A stretch of 64,000 bases of DNA from Hydrolagus affinis (lineage: Eukaryota). Below, piece after piece: positions 1 to 10,869 of the stretch (position 1 is its first letter; each line of letters begins with the position of its first letter). The position numbers were made by a program, and so were the translations under genes. The notes under the pieces were generated by a model. It was not told the DNA's origin and searched no databases. It worked only from the letters and a program-made list of their open reading frames with translations. The stretch is from positions 1 through 64,000 of the forward strand of contig JAAILG010001274.1 in the NCBI GenBank assembly GCA_012026655.1, read 5' to 3'.

Positions 1-1295
1 CCCCACCACATCCCCCGCCCCTACGGCGAAGGATTTGACCTAATACTTGGCACTTCATTTTGATGGCACGGTTTAAGATCAGAGACTCGCTGTGGGGAGT
101 TGCAGGTGCAAGCCAATTCATGGCACTGCTGGTTACAGCACCAGCGATGTGCAGCAGCATTGTAAATATTTTGGCTTCATAATCGAGAGCTAATGGCTCT
201 GCGGTTGGTTGGAAGGTGGGGGGGTGACGGATTATCTATTCTCTGTCTCTCGCATATGTATCTGTTTCCATACCTGTTTGATACCCTTCTTGTAGCAAGA
301 GGAACAATTTACTCACAGTTTGCCTTTGCTTCTCAGCTACGAAACCAGGTTTCCTTGACGATCTCGTCTCTCACATACAGAGTTAGTGGATCTGATTATT
401 GAAGGCTGACATTTTCCCTGTAGCTTAAGATCACTAATTACATTCATGCTGATAAGGAGCGGTAATGAAGATAAGTTTAAAACATTGTAATAATCAAATT
501 ACCCGAATATATTAAAAAGGCGAACAAAAATATCTTCCTCAGTGACGACGTGTGAATGTTAAACGGATAATTACATGTTATATGACATGTTTTCCATCAC
601 GTAGAAATCAAACCACTCTCATTGTTAGGTGTTAGGGATGGCAACATATGGGCTAAAGCAATAAATGAGGTGCATTTTTTCCAAGGATAATGCAAATTGT
701 CTGTTTGGCGTTACAAGTTTCAAAATATTTTCATAAAATGCTACTCAGAAAAAAAACAACCCATGATTAATCTTGAACGAGCTGTAATGTGGGGAGTTAT
801 TGTACTGCTGCAGGCCTGCTAATATCAAAGGCAAGGATCATTATTTTTACTGTGTTAGTTTTTGCACATTTGTGCCACTAAAGCTTCAGATGGTTGGAAA
901 GGAAGCACTCCCTCCTTTAAAGTAGCTTCGCTCCAGTTTAGAGGATTCACTTGGCAGTACAGTACTGCCATTGATTACATTTTATGAGAGCGATGGGTGC
1001 GAGGAATGTGTCTGTAAAACTGGACTGATCTCACCCAGTTGTTCTGTTTTCTCTTTCTCGCTTGCCTTGCAAAAGGTGGAGCATTCTCATGACTCTTCGT
1101 GGCTCAGCTGACAGCCGGCAAAACAAGCGCAACAAAGGCCAGTTAGTGCAAGAGTGCAGGACTGAAATGTCTTGTTCACAGACCCAGTCCGACTCCACGT
1201 TGTACTCCGTCAAAAGTGATTTGAAATGATGGTTACTTTTGGGGTTAAATATGATGAATGATCTTCAGGCTCCCATTGTTGGCTCTGGGTAAATT

Positions 1296-1616
1296 GTGAA
1301 GCTCCTGTAGCTCAGTGGTTAGAGCACTCGCCTTACAAGCTTGGGACCTGTGTTCGAATCCAGGCAGATCAAGGCGAAACCTTGGGCAAGTTTCCTTATT
1401 CCACATGCTTAATAATAATCAGTCCCCTCCCCCCCAAAAAATTGGTCATTTTCAATCCACGACTGTTTGTGGGGACACTATTGTGCACAATTGGCTGTTG
1501 CGTTTTGCCCACAAATATACAGTCAATACAGTATATTCTGTGAAGCGCTTTGAGATGTTGATAAGATGTGAAAAGCGCTGTATCAAATGCAAGGATTATT
1601 ATTAGTATTATTATTA
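1296..1616 (+). mobile_element. Full-length tRNA-derived SINE, short variant
   Basis: A box TAGCTCAGTGG (1308-1318), B box GTTCGAATCC, CCTTGGGCAAGTTTCCTT segment, Deu-like CTGTTTGTGGGG...AATTGGCTG, tail AAGCGCTTTGAG...AAAAGCGCT...AAATGCAAGG(ATT)n; possible TSD TAAATT at 1290-1295 and 1615-1620; many homologous copies in the window. Confidence 0.92.
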
Positions 1617-1659
1617 AATTCAGTCAGGGAGTAAGCACGGGCCCACAAACAAACTTATG

Positions 1660-1960
1660 GGGAAGATTTGTACGTTCAGTCTCTGGTCTGTGATGAGTTA
1701 ACTGAGGCGTTCCGATTAACAACAACAACAACTTCGATTTATATAGCGCCCTCCACGCCGGATGGTGTCTCAGAGCGCTTTAAGTGAACAAAAGATGTCC
1801 AGGTTTCGAATCCTTTATTAATATTCAGCGACCCTCTCCTGTTCTGCGGATGTGCATGTGTGGACTCACTGAAAGGATAGATTTGTCAAGCACAATGCTC
1901 CACATACTTGAATAGCTTGCTGTTGCTCAATGTCAAGTGTCGTTCATGAATAATGTTTCA
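1660..1960 (+). mobile_element. Degraded ancient SINE-like relic, interrupted by an L2-type tail
   Basis: CTGGTCTGTGATGAGTTAACTGA and ATTCAGCGACCCT...GAATAGCTTGCTG resemble 18170-18420 and a shark SINE recalled from memory. Confidence 0.35.
1718..1783 (-). mobile_element. L2-type LINE/SINE 3' tail with (TTG)n end
   Basis: (AAC)n TTCGATTTATATAGCGCCCT...AGAGCGCTT, the reverse complement of the shared tail stem-loop. Confidence 0.7.
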
Positions 1961-2167
1961 CTGAAGTAAGATGCCGTCTGATGTAAATGAACGCAAGCAC
2001 AGAGGGGGAAAAGAAATTGAGTCAAAAGGAGAGGCGAAAATGGATGAGGGAGAATCAATTAGTAATGTCCACTCTCGCTAACAACGTTCATTATTATTTG
2101 ATCTTTACTACGTGTGCTCGGCTGCTATGATGGTAACTTCAATGTTTCCTTGCTTTTATTTATCTCC

Positions 2168-2189
2168 CTCTCTCTCTCTCTCTCTCTCT
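2168..2189. repeat. (CT)n microsatellite
   Basis: direct reading. Confidence 0.95.
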
Positions 2190-2309
2190 GCTGAGACGTA
2201 CAGTATTTGATTCTGAGGACTTGCTTTTCTCTTTATTCCCTGGTTTCATGTGTTGGATTGCTCGAGCCTTTCCATTTTGCTCCATTTTATTATTACTACG
2301 GCTACTACA

Positions 2310-2420
2310 AATAATAATCCTTGCTTTTAATACAGCGCTTTTCACATCTTCTAGACATCTCAAAGCACTTCACAGAATACATACTGTAAAGTGAATTGAC
2401 TGTACATTGGTGGGCGAAAT
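2310..2420 (-). mobile_element. SINE 3' fragment
   Basis: AATAATAATCCTTGC...CAGCGCTTTTCACATCTTCTAGACATCTCAAAGCAC...GTGGGCGAAA. Confidence 0.88.
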
Positions 2421-2859
2421 TTAGTGCCCCTTCCAAGCTTCCCTCCTCATCCCTTTTCAGCCTGTAAGTGCCAGTTTTTTTTAATTAACTTTCTGAATTG
2501 TTAAGCAAATGTGGCTGTTTTTCAATAGGATTCCTTGGGATGACTTCCAAGGGCCACTAACAAGTCCACAGCTTGATGACCTCTGTTTTGTTGCTGTGGT
2601 GGATGTAAACTAAATTGAAGAGAGAGAGAGAGAGATGATACTTGTAATCTGAATATTTGTTTCATTTTACCTGTGTGCCATAAAGCATAGCGGCAGATTC
2701 CTACTCAAGCTCCTCTTCGCTAAAAGCACCATTTTGCAGTGAATTTTGGTGCATAAACATCCACACTTTCAACCCCCGATTTGCTCATGTTGTAAACAAT
2801 TGCATCTTTTTTCAGTGTTCATCCTTTTCCTTTTACATTTGACATTTTCAAACTAAATA

Positions 2860-3062
2860 CAGTAAAAACCTGTTTATCCGGCACTTGATCAACCATAACT
2901 TCTGTATAACCGGCAACGCAAAAAAAGGTCTGCATTCAATTAACCAGAATTTATCTGGAAAAATGCATTAATTTTTTTTAAAAAAAAATATTTTAACCGC
3001 TTTAAGCGCTTTAACAGGCATTGGCTAGGTCCTGAGGGTGCCGGATAAACGGGCTTTTACTG
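2860..3062. mobile_element. Tigger/pogo-type (Tc1/mariner superfamily) MITE, 203 bp
   Basis: 25-bp terminal inverted repeats (TIRs) CAGTAAAAACCTGTTTATCCGGCAC (2860-2884) / GTGCCGGATAAACGGGCTTTTACTG (3038-3062), 2 mismatches; TA on both sides (2858-2859, 3063-3064). Confidence 0.9.
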
Positions 3063-3109
3063 TAGGTACCTTTAAGGGCTCTGAGGCGCTATCTCTGTGA
3101 ATATCTGCA

Positions 3110-3208
3110 GTGCAGATGCATAGTCACTTTACATTGAATCCAGGGAATCCTGCTTTGAGACGTTCTCCTGACGTGAAAGGCTGTATATCAAATTCAGGGA
3201 AAATTATT
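3110..3208 (+). mobile_element. Degraded SINE/L2 3' tail
   Basis: GCTTTGAGACGTTCTCCTGACGTGAAAGGCTGTATATCAAAT. Confidence 0.6.
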
Positions 3209-4574
3209 GGGTTATTATGCATTGCAGTATTTAGTGTAAGCTGAAATTCAAAGCTCATTATTAATTCAATGGTTTCTCCAAAATACATTGTAGCAAAATT
3301 ATAAATGATCAGTTCAGACGATATAGGAAGTCAGAATGTGCCGAAAACTGCACAAGTTTCAGCTCAGAACCCGATTCATTTCTCAGGTTTAATCACTGGA
3401 ATCATTCACTGTTGTGTCTGCATGGATATATATAAAAAAAAGTTCATGATCTAGCTGTTCAGTAGTATTGGCAGTCAACTATTCTTTTACTCTCCTTTCA
3501 TTTATAAAATGTCAGTAGTAATGAGCTAAACTCTAAAAGCTGATCTGAATGATTAGTGCTTGTCTAACAAGTGAATAGCTGTTAATTATCGGAGGAAACG
3601 TCAGTTTTGTAACCAGTTGCTTTAACAGACTGAAACATATGCTTATTAAATTAATAAATAACCGGGGATTGTTTTAATCGAACAAAATTATGTCTGGAAT
3701 TATAAATACTGTAATACCTAGCAGAAAATGGGCTCTTATTTCAAGTTATGCATAAAAGTGACACTCGGCACATAATAGTGGTTCAGCAAGTGTAAATATG
3801 TTCATGTATCAGTGGTGTGCTGGAGAGCTTTACAGTTTGATTGTGGATTGGTTAGAACAAGGATTTTGCAGGCTATTTTCAATAAAATTTCAATAGGGAC
3901 TTACTGTGAAGTGAATCAATTACAGAATTGTTGAATGCTAAATTCAGATTTAAATTTGCCTTTTCCATTACTTGTGTCCTTCATCAAGCAGGTCGATTTC
4001 ATAGTAATATTCAACAAACGAACATGTTTTGAATAATCTATTATATAATTTTGATAAGGCTACACCCCCAGGTTTGGATTTAGTCCTTTTTGCGATCAAG
4101 GCACTCAACAAAATTACTCAAAACCTATAATTTACAGAACAAAGTCTTTATAAGGGATTAGATCATTCACTTGCTGGCTGTTTTTTGTTTTTGGGGTGGG
4201 GGTGGGGCGGTGGTATTACTGTACGCAAATATGTCAAATGTATGACATTGTTGTTCCACCTTATCAATGTAGAAATGTACACAGAGATTTTCATGTCCTC
4301 ATTCTGCAATAATTAAAATTAATTTAGACTTTTCACGCATCTAATTCATCTCGATAAATGATGTGGGAAATTAACATTTATTTTTGCTGTTGGAGCCATT
4401 ATAGTCAGTACTATCGTACAACTCAGAACACAAACAGTGATGCCAGAGAAGAGAACAATTATTTATATTACATTAGATATGTGTCCCGCGTAAAATGACA
4501 TGTTCAGTTAATTCCTGGTAATGATTATGAGGTTGGAGCTGATGCATAGGGTTGTCATTTTCTCATATCATATC

Positions 4575-4711
4575 ATAATAATAATCCTTGCAGTTGATAT
4601 AGGGCTTTGTCGCATCTTTGAGACATCTCAAAGCGCTTCACAGAATATCCTGTAAATATTTTGTGGGCAGAATGCGGCAGCCAATTGCACACAGCAGTGT
4701 CCCAGACACAG
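4575..4711 (-). mobile_element. SINE 3' fragment
   Basis: ATAATAATCCTTGCA...CTCAAAGCGCTTCACAGAATAT...GCAGCCAATTGCACACAGCAGTGTCCC. Confidence 0.88.
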
Positions 4712-5304
4712 CCATGACATGGATACATTCCACCTATATAAATCCAAGTTGTTGTTGTTGTTATCATAGGGAGGTCTGGCCGTTGGATGGAAGATGTTTA
4801 GAGTTAATACGTGGCTGACAGAGGGGTACCAGTTGTTTTGTAATTCCGTTTGGTAACAGCTTTTCTGGAGCAACTACCAGCTTCTGTCCTCTCGTGAAAC
4901 CATTAACCTCGGTCTGGGATTTCAATTCACTTTCTTTAGCATTGATTTATCCACCTTTCAAACCTTCTGTAGTAGAAGATGGCATTTCTTACCGTAGCTT
5001 CTTCCCTCTTGCCCGCTCACTGAATTATGAGCCAAGGCCCATCGATTTCCTTAAGGATTCCACTTTTGTGGAAAAAGTTACTGCTTGAATCAAGCCTTCA
5101 TCTTTTCCCCAAAGGTAGATACTGAATTCCATCTTAATTCATCACTTTGCTCTCGAGGCTCACAGCGGACAGGCGTGTAAACTGCACTTAGAACAATGCA
5201 TCGTGTTCCCCTCTCCCTCCGTATCCCCCTTTCACCACATTGACATCAGAATTTAACCCTTCTCATCCAAGCCTGTCCGAGTCTGTGGTCCATTTGTCTC
5301 AGAC

Positions 5305-5608
5305 AATAACAATAATAATAATCCTTCCATTTGATACAGCGCTTTTAATGTCTTCTAGATGTTTCAAAGCGCTTCACAGAGTATACTGTAAAGTGAAAGG
5401 ACTGCATATATGTGGGCGAAATGTGGCAGACAATTGTGCACAGCAGTGTCCCACAAACAGATTGACCAATTTCAATTTATAACTTTTTTTGGAGTGGTTA
5501 TTATTCGGTCTGTGGAGTAAAGAACCTTGCTCAAGGTTTCGCCCTGCCTGGAATTGAACCCAAGTCTCTCGGTTGCAAGGTGAGTGCTCTAACCACTGAG
5601 CTACAGGA
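5305..5608 (-). mobile_element. Full-length SINE, short variant
   Basis: tail at 5305 through to reverse-complement head GTGCTCTAACCACTGAGCTACAGGA ending 5608. Confidence 0.9.
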
Positions 5609-5611
5609 AGA

Positions 5612-5930
5612 AACAATAACAACGTCTTGCGTTTATAAAGTGCCCTTCACATGAGAAAGTGTCCTGGAGAGCTGAACGGTGACGGAGCCCGATATTTAGC
5701 CGTGGTGGGGAAGTGGGGCAAGGGAGGAGATAACCGTAAACACTGCCAGACGCGGTCTGAAAAAGGGAAGGAAGGTGGGGGGCAAGGCGGGGGGATCAAG
5801 GGAGAGAGTTGCAAAGTTTCAGGGCGTGGTAGCTGAGAGCACGGATACCGATGATGGAGCGGAGGGGACGAGGGGACAGCAGGAGCCCGGAATTAGTCGA
5901 GCGGTCTCAAGTAGGGAGTAAACAGGTGGA
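5612..5930 (-). mobile_element. L2-like LINE 3' fragment
   Basis: (AAC)-rich tail TTGCGTTTATAAAGTGCCCTTCACATG followed by a purine-rich stretch typical of antisense L2 3' ends. Confidence 0.55.
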
Positions 5931-6239
5931 AAGCAAGTGGCAAACTGTTTTTATCCAGACTGGAATTATTGTAGCCATCAGAGGTACTTGGATCTTAGTC
6001 CAAAGAGTTCAATGAGGTCAGTGGATCCCAACCTGAATTTATTACTGAGAGGCTAAACTGCTTGAATTTGCTCAGCATTGCAAGAGTGGTCTGAATGATG
6101 AAGACCCTTTGGCCAATCTGATCTGACCTGATTTGATCTCATCTTTCCAGAGCACCCACCAAACCATATCATCCTCCCAGCTCAACATCGGGCTTTATTT
6201 TTTAAAGTAATTCAAGTGTAAGTTGTGCTAGTCACAGTC

Positions 6240-6301
6240 AAGCACTCTGGGGCACTACGCTGTATGAGGGGTGCTATATAAATGCAAGTTATTGTTGTTG
6301 T
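6240..6301 (+). mobile_element. L2-type 3' tail
   Basis: AGCACTCTGGGG...GGGGTGCTATATAAATGCAAGTTATTGTTGTTG. Confidence 0.6.
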
Positions 6302-6548
6302 CTTGGCCTCAATTAACCACTCTTCCTGGTAATCTGTTCCAGTCGTTAATTTTCCTCTGGTTAAAGGAAAACTTCCACGGATACCTATCCTGAAATATAT
6401 ATCCTTCGCAATGCCAAAGGGTATGTTTTCTTCTACTCTCTTGGTTCATTCTGAAGTATTGTTCTGGATTTTATTCTTTCAATCTCATTTTAAAATTTTA
6501 TACACCTATATAAGGTCCCCTCTGAGACGCCTTCTTTCAAACCTGAAT
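6302..6548 (-). mobile_element. CR1 LINE ORF2 3' fragment, degraded
   Basis: CCTGGTAATCTGTTCCAG (antisense of WNRLP) and AAAATTTTATACACCTATATAAGGTCCCCTCTGAG (antisense of LRGDLI*VYKI). Confidence 0.7.
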
Positions 6549-6899
6549 TATACGATGGGACTTAAATGTGGAATCAGAGGCTCTGAGTTGTGTCATAAAG
6601 CTGCAGTGTTACTAGCACTGTTTTCCCAGGAGATCCAGCTAAAAGTACCTCCCTGGCCAACTGGCATGATTTTTCTTTTGACAAAGTGTTTGTCAAAGGA
6701 CTGAAATACATTAATTATGTCTGGAAGAAAGGAGCCTTCTCCCCACCACCCCCCCTCACCCCAACCCAACCCCCCCACCATCACTGCTGCAAACAATGCT
6801 GAAATGGGTGACACATACTGCATTCGTTCCACAGTAACATTTAAGCTGTGTTGATATCCTCTGGGAGCGAAGCCATTTTGCTCCAAGCAGTATCGCAGT

Positions 6900-7140
6900 C
6901 AGGAGTAGGAAGCTTTATATTTCTTGCTCCGTGTCGCATTGAATCGGAGGGCGTAAAAGGAGCCGATTTTGGTGCTCTGCACGTGAATGAAGTCTGTTTG
7001 GCGTGGCTGCTTGTGGCACATTGTTGTGCACAAATTGGCTGCCACTTTTGCTTGCCAAACATACAGTCACTGCGCTTTATAGTAAAATCCTGTGAAATGC
7101 TTCAAGGTGGTCTCCTGAATATCAAATGTAAGGCTTATTC
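6900..7140 (+). mobile_element. Old Deu-domain SINE relic
   Basis: GCTGCTTGTGGCACATTGTTGTGCACAAATTGGCTGCCAC plus a degenerate tail ATATCAAATGTAAGG. Confidence 0.55.
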
Positions 7141-7189
7141 GTGTATCAGCAAGTTCTTCAATAATATTAAAACTGGTCTACAGTGAAGG

Positions 7190-7402
7190 AATAATAATAA
7201 TCATCCCTCAAAAAACAAGCAATAATAAATTGGTCATTTCAATCCACGACTGTTTGTGGGGACGTTGCTGTGTGCAATTGTCTGCCGCGTTTCGCCCACA
7301 AATATACAGTCAATTCACTTTACAGTATATTCTGTGAAACACTTTGAGACGTCTAGAAGACGTGAAAAATGTTACATTAAATGCAAGGATTATTATTATT
7401 AT
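7190..7402 (+). mobile_element. 5'-truncated SINE starting at the internal (AAT)n
   Basis: AATAATAATAATCATCCCTC...AAATGCAAGGATTATTATTATT. Confidence 0.9.
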
Positions 7403-7574
7403 AAAGACCGCACTTAAAACAGTAATGCTATAAATTAGGTCCAACGACACAGATGGAAGGCTTTAAAAAGAGATCTGATTGATGGAGCAACATTTCAGCA
7501 ATTAGAGGGCATTTGCTTGTGTCCACAACTGGCCATAGATTGGGTTGGGGTCAACCCAGTGCCATGATGTAATA

Positions 7575-8348
7575 CAGATAGATCCCGCTTAACGAAGGGG
7601 TTAGAGACTTTAAAACCCTTTGTTAAGTGAAAATTTTGTTAAGCGAGCGTTTAACTGTATTACTGTATTTGGCCGCAGCCAAAAGCTGCCCCGACCTGAG
7701 CCGCCCCGCTAAAATCAGTTTAGTTCCTAGCGTTGACATTTTCAGTGTACAGGTTGAGCGTCCAAAATCTGGAGTTCCAGAATCCGGAATGTGACAAAAA
7801 TTGCCAATCCTACCTGCTCTAGGCCAGGTCTTCACAGTCACCGCACCGAAATATCGCAACCTGGGCCCAGGAATTTCCGGACTTGTGACATGCTTCTGGT
7901 GTTCCGAAGTCTGGAAATACTCGAACCTGGGCTCGGGCGTTTCTGGATCTCGGACATCAGAAACACGAAAACCCGCTCGGCCTCGGTCCCTGCACTAGCG
8001 AAGGCCTAAGGTAGATATAACTACCTTATAAAGGCTACACAACTTTAAATGCAACAATAAAATATTAAAATGTTAGTAAATAAATAAACAGTAAAATACA
8101 GACAGTCCTCGACTTACTATTATTGATGCCACGAAGCAGTGCAGCCCGTACAATATGGGAGGAGCTTAAGCGGCAGAATGGTGGCCAACCAGAAAATGCT
8201 GCGCATGAGAGGCCCGCGAGATTTAAAGTATGTATAAACATTCGTTAAAGAGAACGCAACTTTCGTTAAGCAGATAAGTGGTACAAATAGAAACCTTCGT
8301 TATAGTGAACTTTGGTTGACCGGGCGTTCGGGAGGCGGGGTCTACCTG
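7575..8348. mobile_element. Tigger-type non-autonomous DNA transposon, composite, 774 bp
   Basis: TA|CAGATAGATCCCGCTTAACGAA ... TTCGGGAGGCGGGGTCTACCTG|TA (about 17/22 TIR match); subterminal (C)GTTAAG motifs at both ends; CpG-rich interior. Confidence 0.75.
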
Positions 8349-9097
8349 TATAAAGAATCCTGCCAGAGAATTTCTTGCCAGAAATTGAAATGCAAAACAC
8401 GATGAAAAGACTAAATGTGCCCTACAGCTGTTTATTGATTAGTTCAACAGTTTTGTGATATAAACGAGGGTTTTCATGTAAAACCATCAGAAAGTCCTCA
8501 ACGCGGTAATGTCTAAATTTTCTGTGTTAGTTTTTGTTAAACAAATTAAAAAAAATGAGACTGTGATGAAAAGCCCAACATCCTCCAGAGGTAAAAAGTG
8601 TAATAAGACACTTAATACATCAGAACTATGGCTGAAAACCTAATTACTGACTCAAAACTCTCAAAGGCAAGCCGCTCTCGCCATCAAGCAAAATCAGTTT
8701 AGGGGAAAAAAAACTATCTGAACGGGGTGAATTGTAACACTCTGAGAACCTAATTCAGAAAATGTATAACAAACACTAAGCCTATACTGCTCAGGATCAC
8801 AAATACATTTCATGGAGATCATATGTACCATAAATTATGGAACGCGGGGAGCTATGAAAATTGATGAATATTTCATAGCCAGATGAATTTGGATAGGAGC
8901 GAGGACTGCGCCTGTGCCTGAACGGTGAGCAAAAGCCAAGAGCAGACAAAACATGCCCAAGCTCAAAGAGGGAAGCTGCACTGTGCTCCGAGATTAGCCT
9001 GGCTTCAGATTCAATCCTCTGCCCTGATCTGACACAGTAAATTCCTGATAACTCGACCGTGCCTTAATTTGGCACTGCCACTTAATTCACTGCCACA

Positions 9098-9478
9098 GAG
9101 TCCTGTAGCTCAGTGGTTAGAAGTCACTGTCGTGCCAGTGACTTCCAAGTGTCATTCGATTCCCGGGCAAGGCGAAACTCAAGATAAGTTTCCTTACTCC
9201 ACATACCTCTGTGTACCCATCGGCCAGTAGGAACTCGGATGTTAGGAACTCGATTGGTGGATCGCTATCCGGAGATAATAATAAAAAAGAATAATAATGA
9301 TTTGGTCACTCAATTCACAACTGTTTGCGGGGACACTGCTGTGTGCAATCGGCTGCCACATTTCACCCATAAAGTGTACAGTCAATTCACTTTACAGTAT
9401 ATTCTGTGAAGTGGTTTGAGACGTCTCGAAGACATGTTAAGGTGCTACACCAAATGCAAAGACTAATGATTAGTAATA
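9098..9478 (+). mobile_element. Full-length SINE, long variant with an extra central segment
   Basis: head TCCTGTAGCTCAGTGGTTAG, extra CCTCTGTGTACCC...GATTGGTGGATCGCTATCCGG segment, GGTCACTCAA, tail. Confidence 0.85.
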
Positions 9479-10559
9479 TCAGGTTATTAATATCAATATC
9501 CCTGCTGCATTTATTTGTGTGTACTCTGTTATAATGGGATTCCACCATGTTAGTATTTGTTTCCATGTTACAGTCATGAGTCTGATACCAGGGAAACAGT
9601 GACTGCCCAAAATCTGCTGACAATCTGAGAGTTAACGTATTGAAACGGAGGGAAAATTAGCAAATAATTCAGCTCTGAGCAAACTAGTGCTTCCTTTGTC
9701 CTCTGAAAAGCCAATGATGGGTATCAGTGTTTGCTGTCTCCTAGCCTTAACCGAGACGGGTTTTAAATTTATAGTGATGGGAAAAAAAATACATTTGACA
9801 TGAATTCACTTGGAAGCAAAGCAGCCAGTTATTGTATAACATTATATATGGCTACATTTTCCCTATTAGAGTCACAGTTTGGGAAAATATGTGACATATT
9901 TAATTGACCCAGTGAGCGTTTTCGAAAATGCTATTTTTGTGCCAGCAATTAAGTACTTGTGGTTATAAAAATAACTGTCTCTTATAGTCACGTCTTCAGA
10001 ATACAGTATATGGATTTAAAGTAGTTTGAACCAATGGTGCTATCGTTCACTTACATAGGAAGGTATAACTGAGAAGGGGAATATTTATAAATATATGTAC
10101 AAACAGGTACTTTGTCTATGTACTGACTTCTCTCTTGTGTGTCACAGATAGAAGAACGAAACAGCAAAGAGGATTATTTTGAAATTTAAAGAGCAGCTAA
10201 GAAATTAATACTCTTCCAAACAAACATTCAAAGTGATGTAAACCCTCTATTTTAAAAATGATGGTGCATATCTGTTGGAAGTTCAGATGTTGCTTTGAGC
10301 CGAGAAACGGAGAGTGATGGTGGATTATGAGTGCTGGATTTACAAATGCTGGCTTCCTTTAAGTGTGCTTTCAAGCTAAATTCCCATGTTCTCCAACCTT
10401 TGGAGCTGCCAAAACATATTAGACAATAAGCAGGATGTTGCATGATTTCTCAGTCATTTTAGTTCTGTTGTCGAACACTGGCTTCTCATCTGGGCAGCAA
10501 GATGGGGCAGTGCCAGGTTCCTGAAGATGAAAGGGATGGTTATACTGTGTTGGGAATTA

Positions 10560-10810
10560 GGATGAATTAATTTTAATAAAGGCAGTGATATTGGGCAACA
10601 AATTGGACCGAGAAATCCTCAGTGATTATTGTAAATGCTTTAGAATTAAAGTAAAGAAGTTTGACCTAATTAGGACGACATCTAAATGGGTTTGCAATGG
10701 GAGTCCTTTAGTTGTACTCACCTCAAAATCACTGGTTTTGTTGCTACCTGGTGACCCAAAGTTTACTTCTAAACTATGTGACACAGTAAATTGCCAGGCC
10801 AACTGAGGCT
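10560..10810 (+). mobile_element. Possible highly degraded CR1 reverse transcriptase fragment
   Basis: translation ...SKWVCNGSP...SKLCDTVNC resembles CR1 W..V.SGVP and TKL.G.V motifs; collinear with the CR1 3' end at 11055. Confidence 0.3.
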
Positions 10811-10869
10811 AGGCTACACCAGTAGAATACAGTTAGATCTGCCAATTCCAGTCAGAAACATTTGTTGAA

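Noticed and set aside
1301-1372. tRNA-Val(TAC)-like gene (also at 24737, 33271, 58300 and minus-strand copies)
   Set aside because: The acceptor and T stems are imperfect, the anticodon varies among copies, and each runs directly into the SINE body, so these are SINE heads
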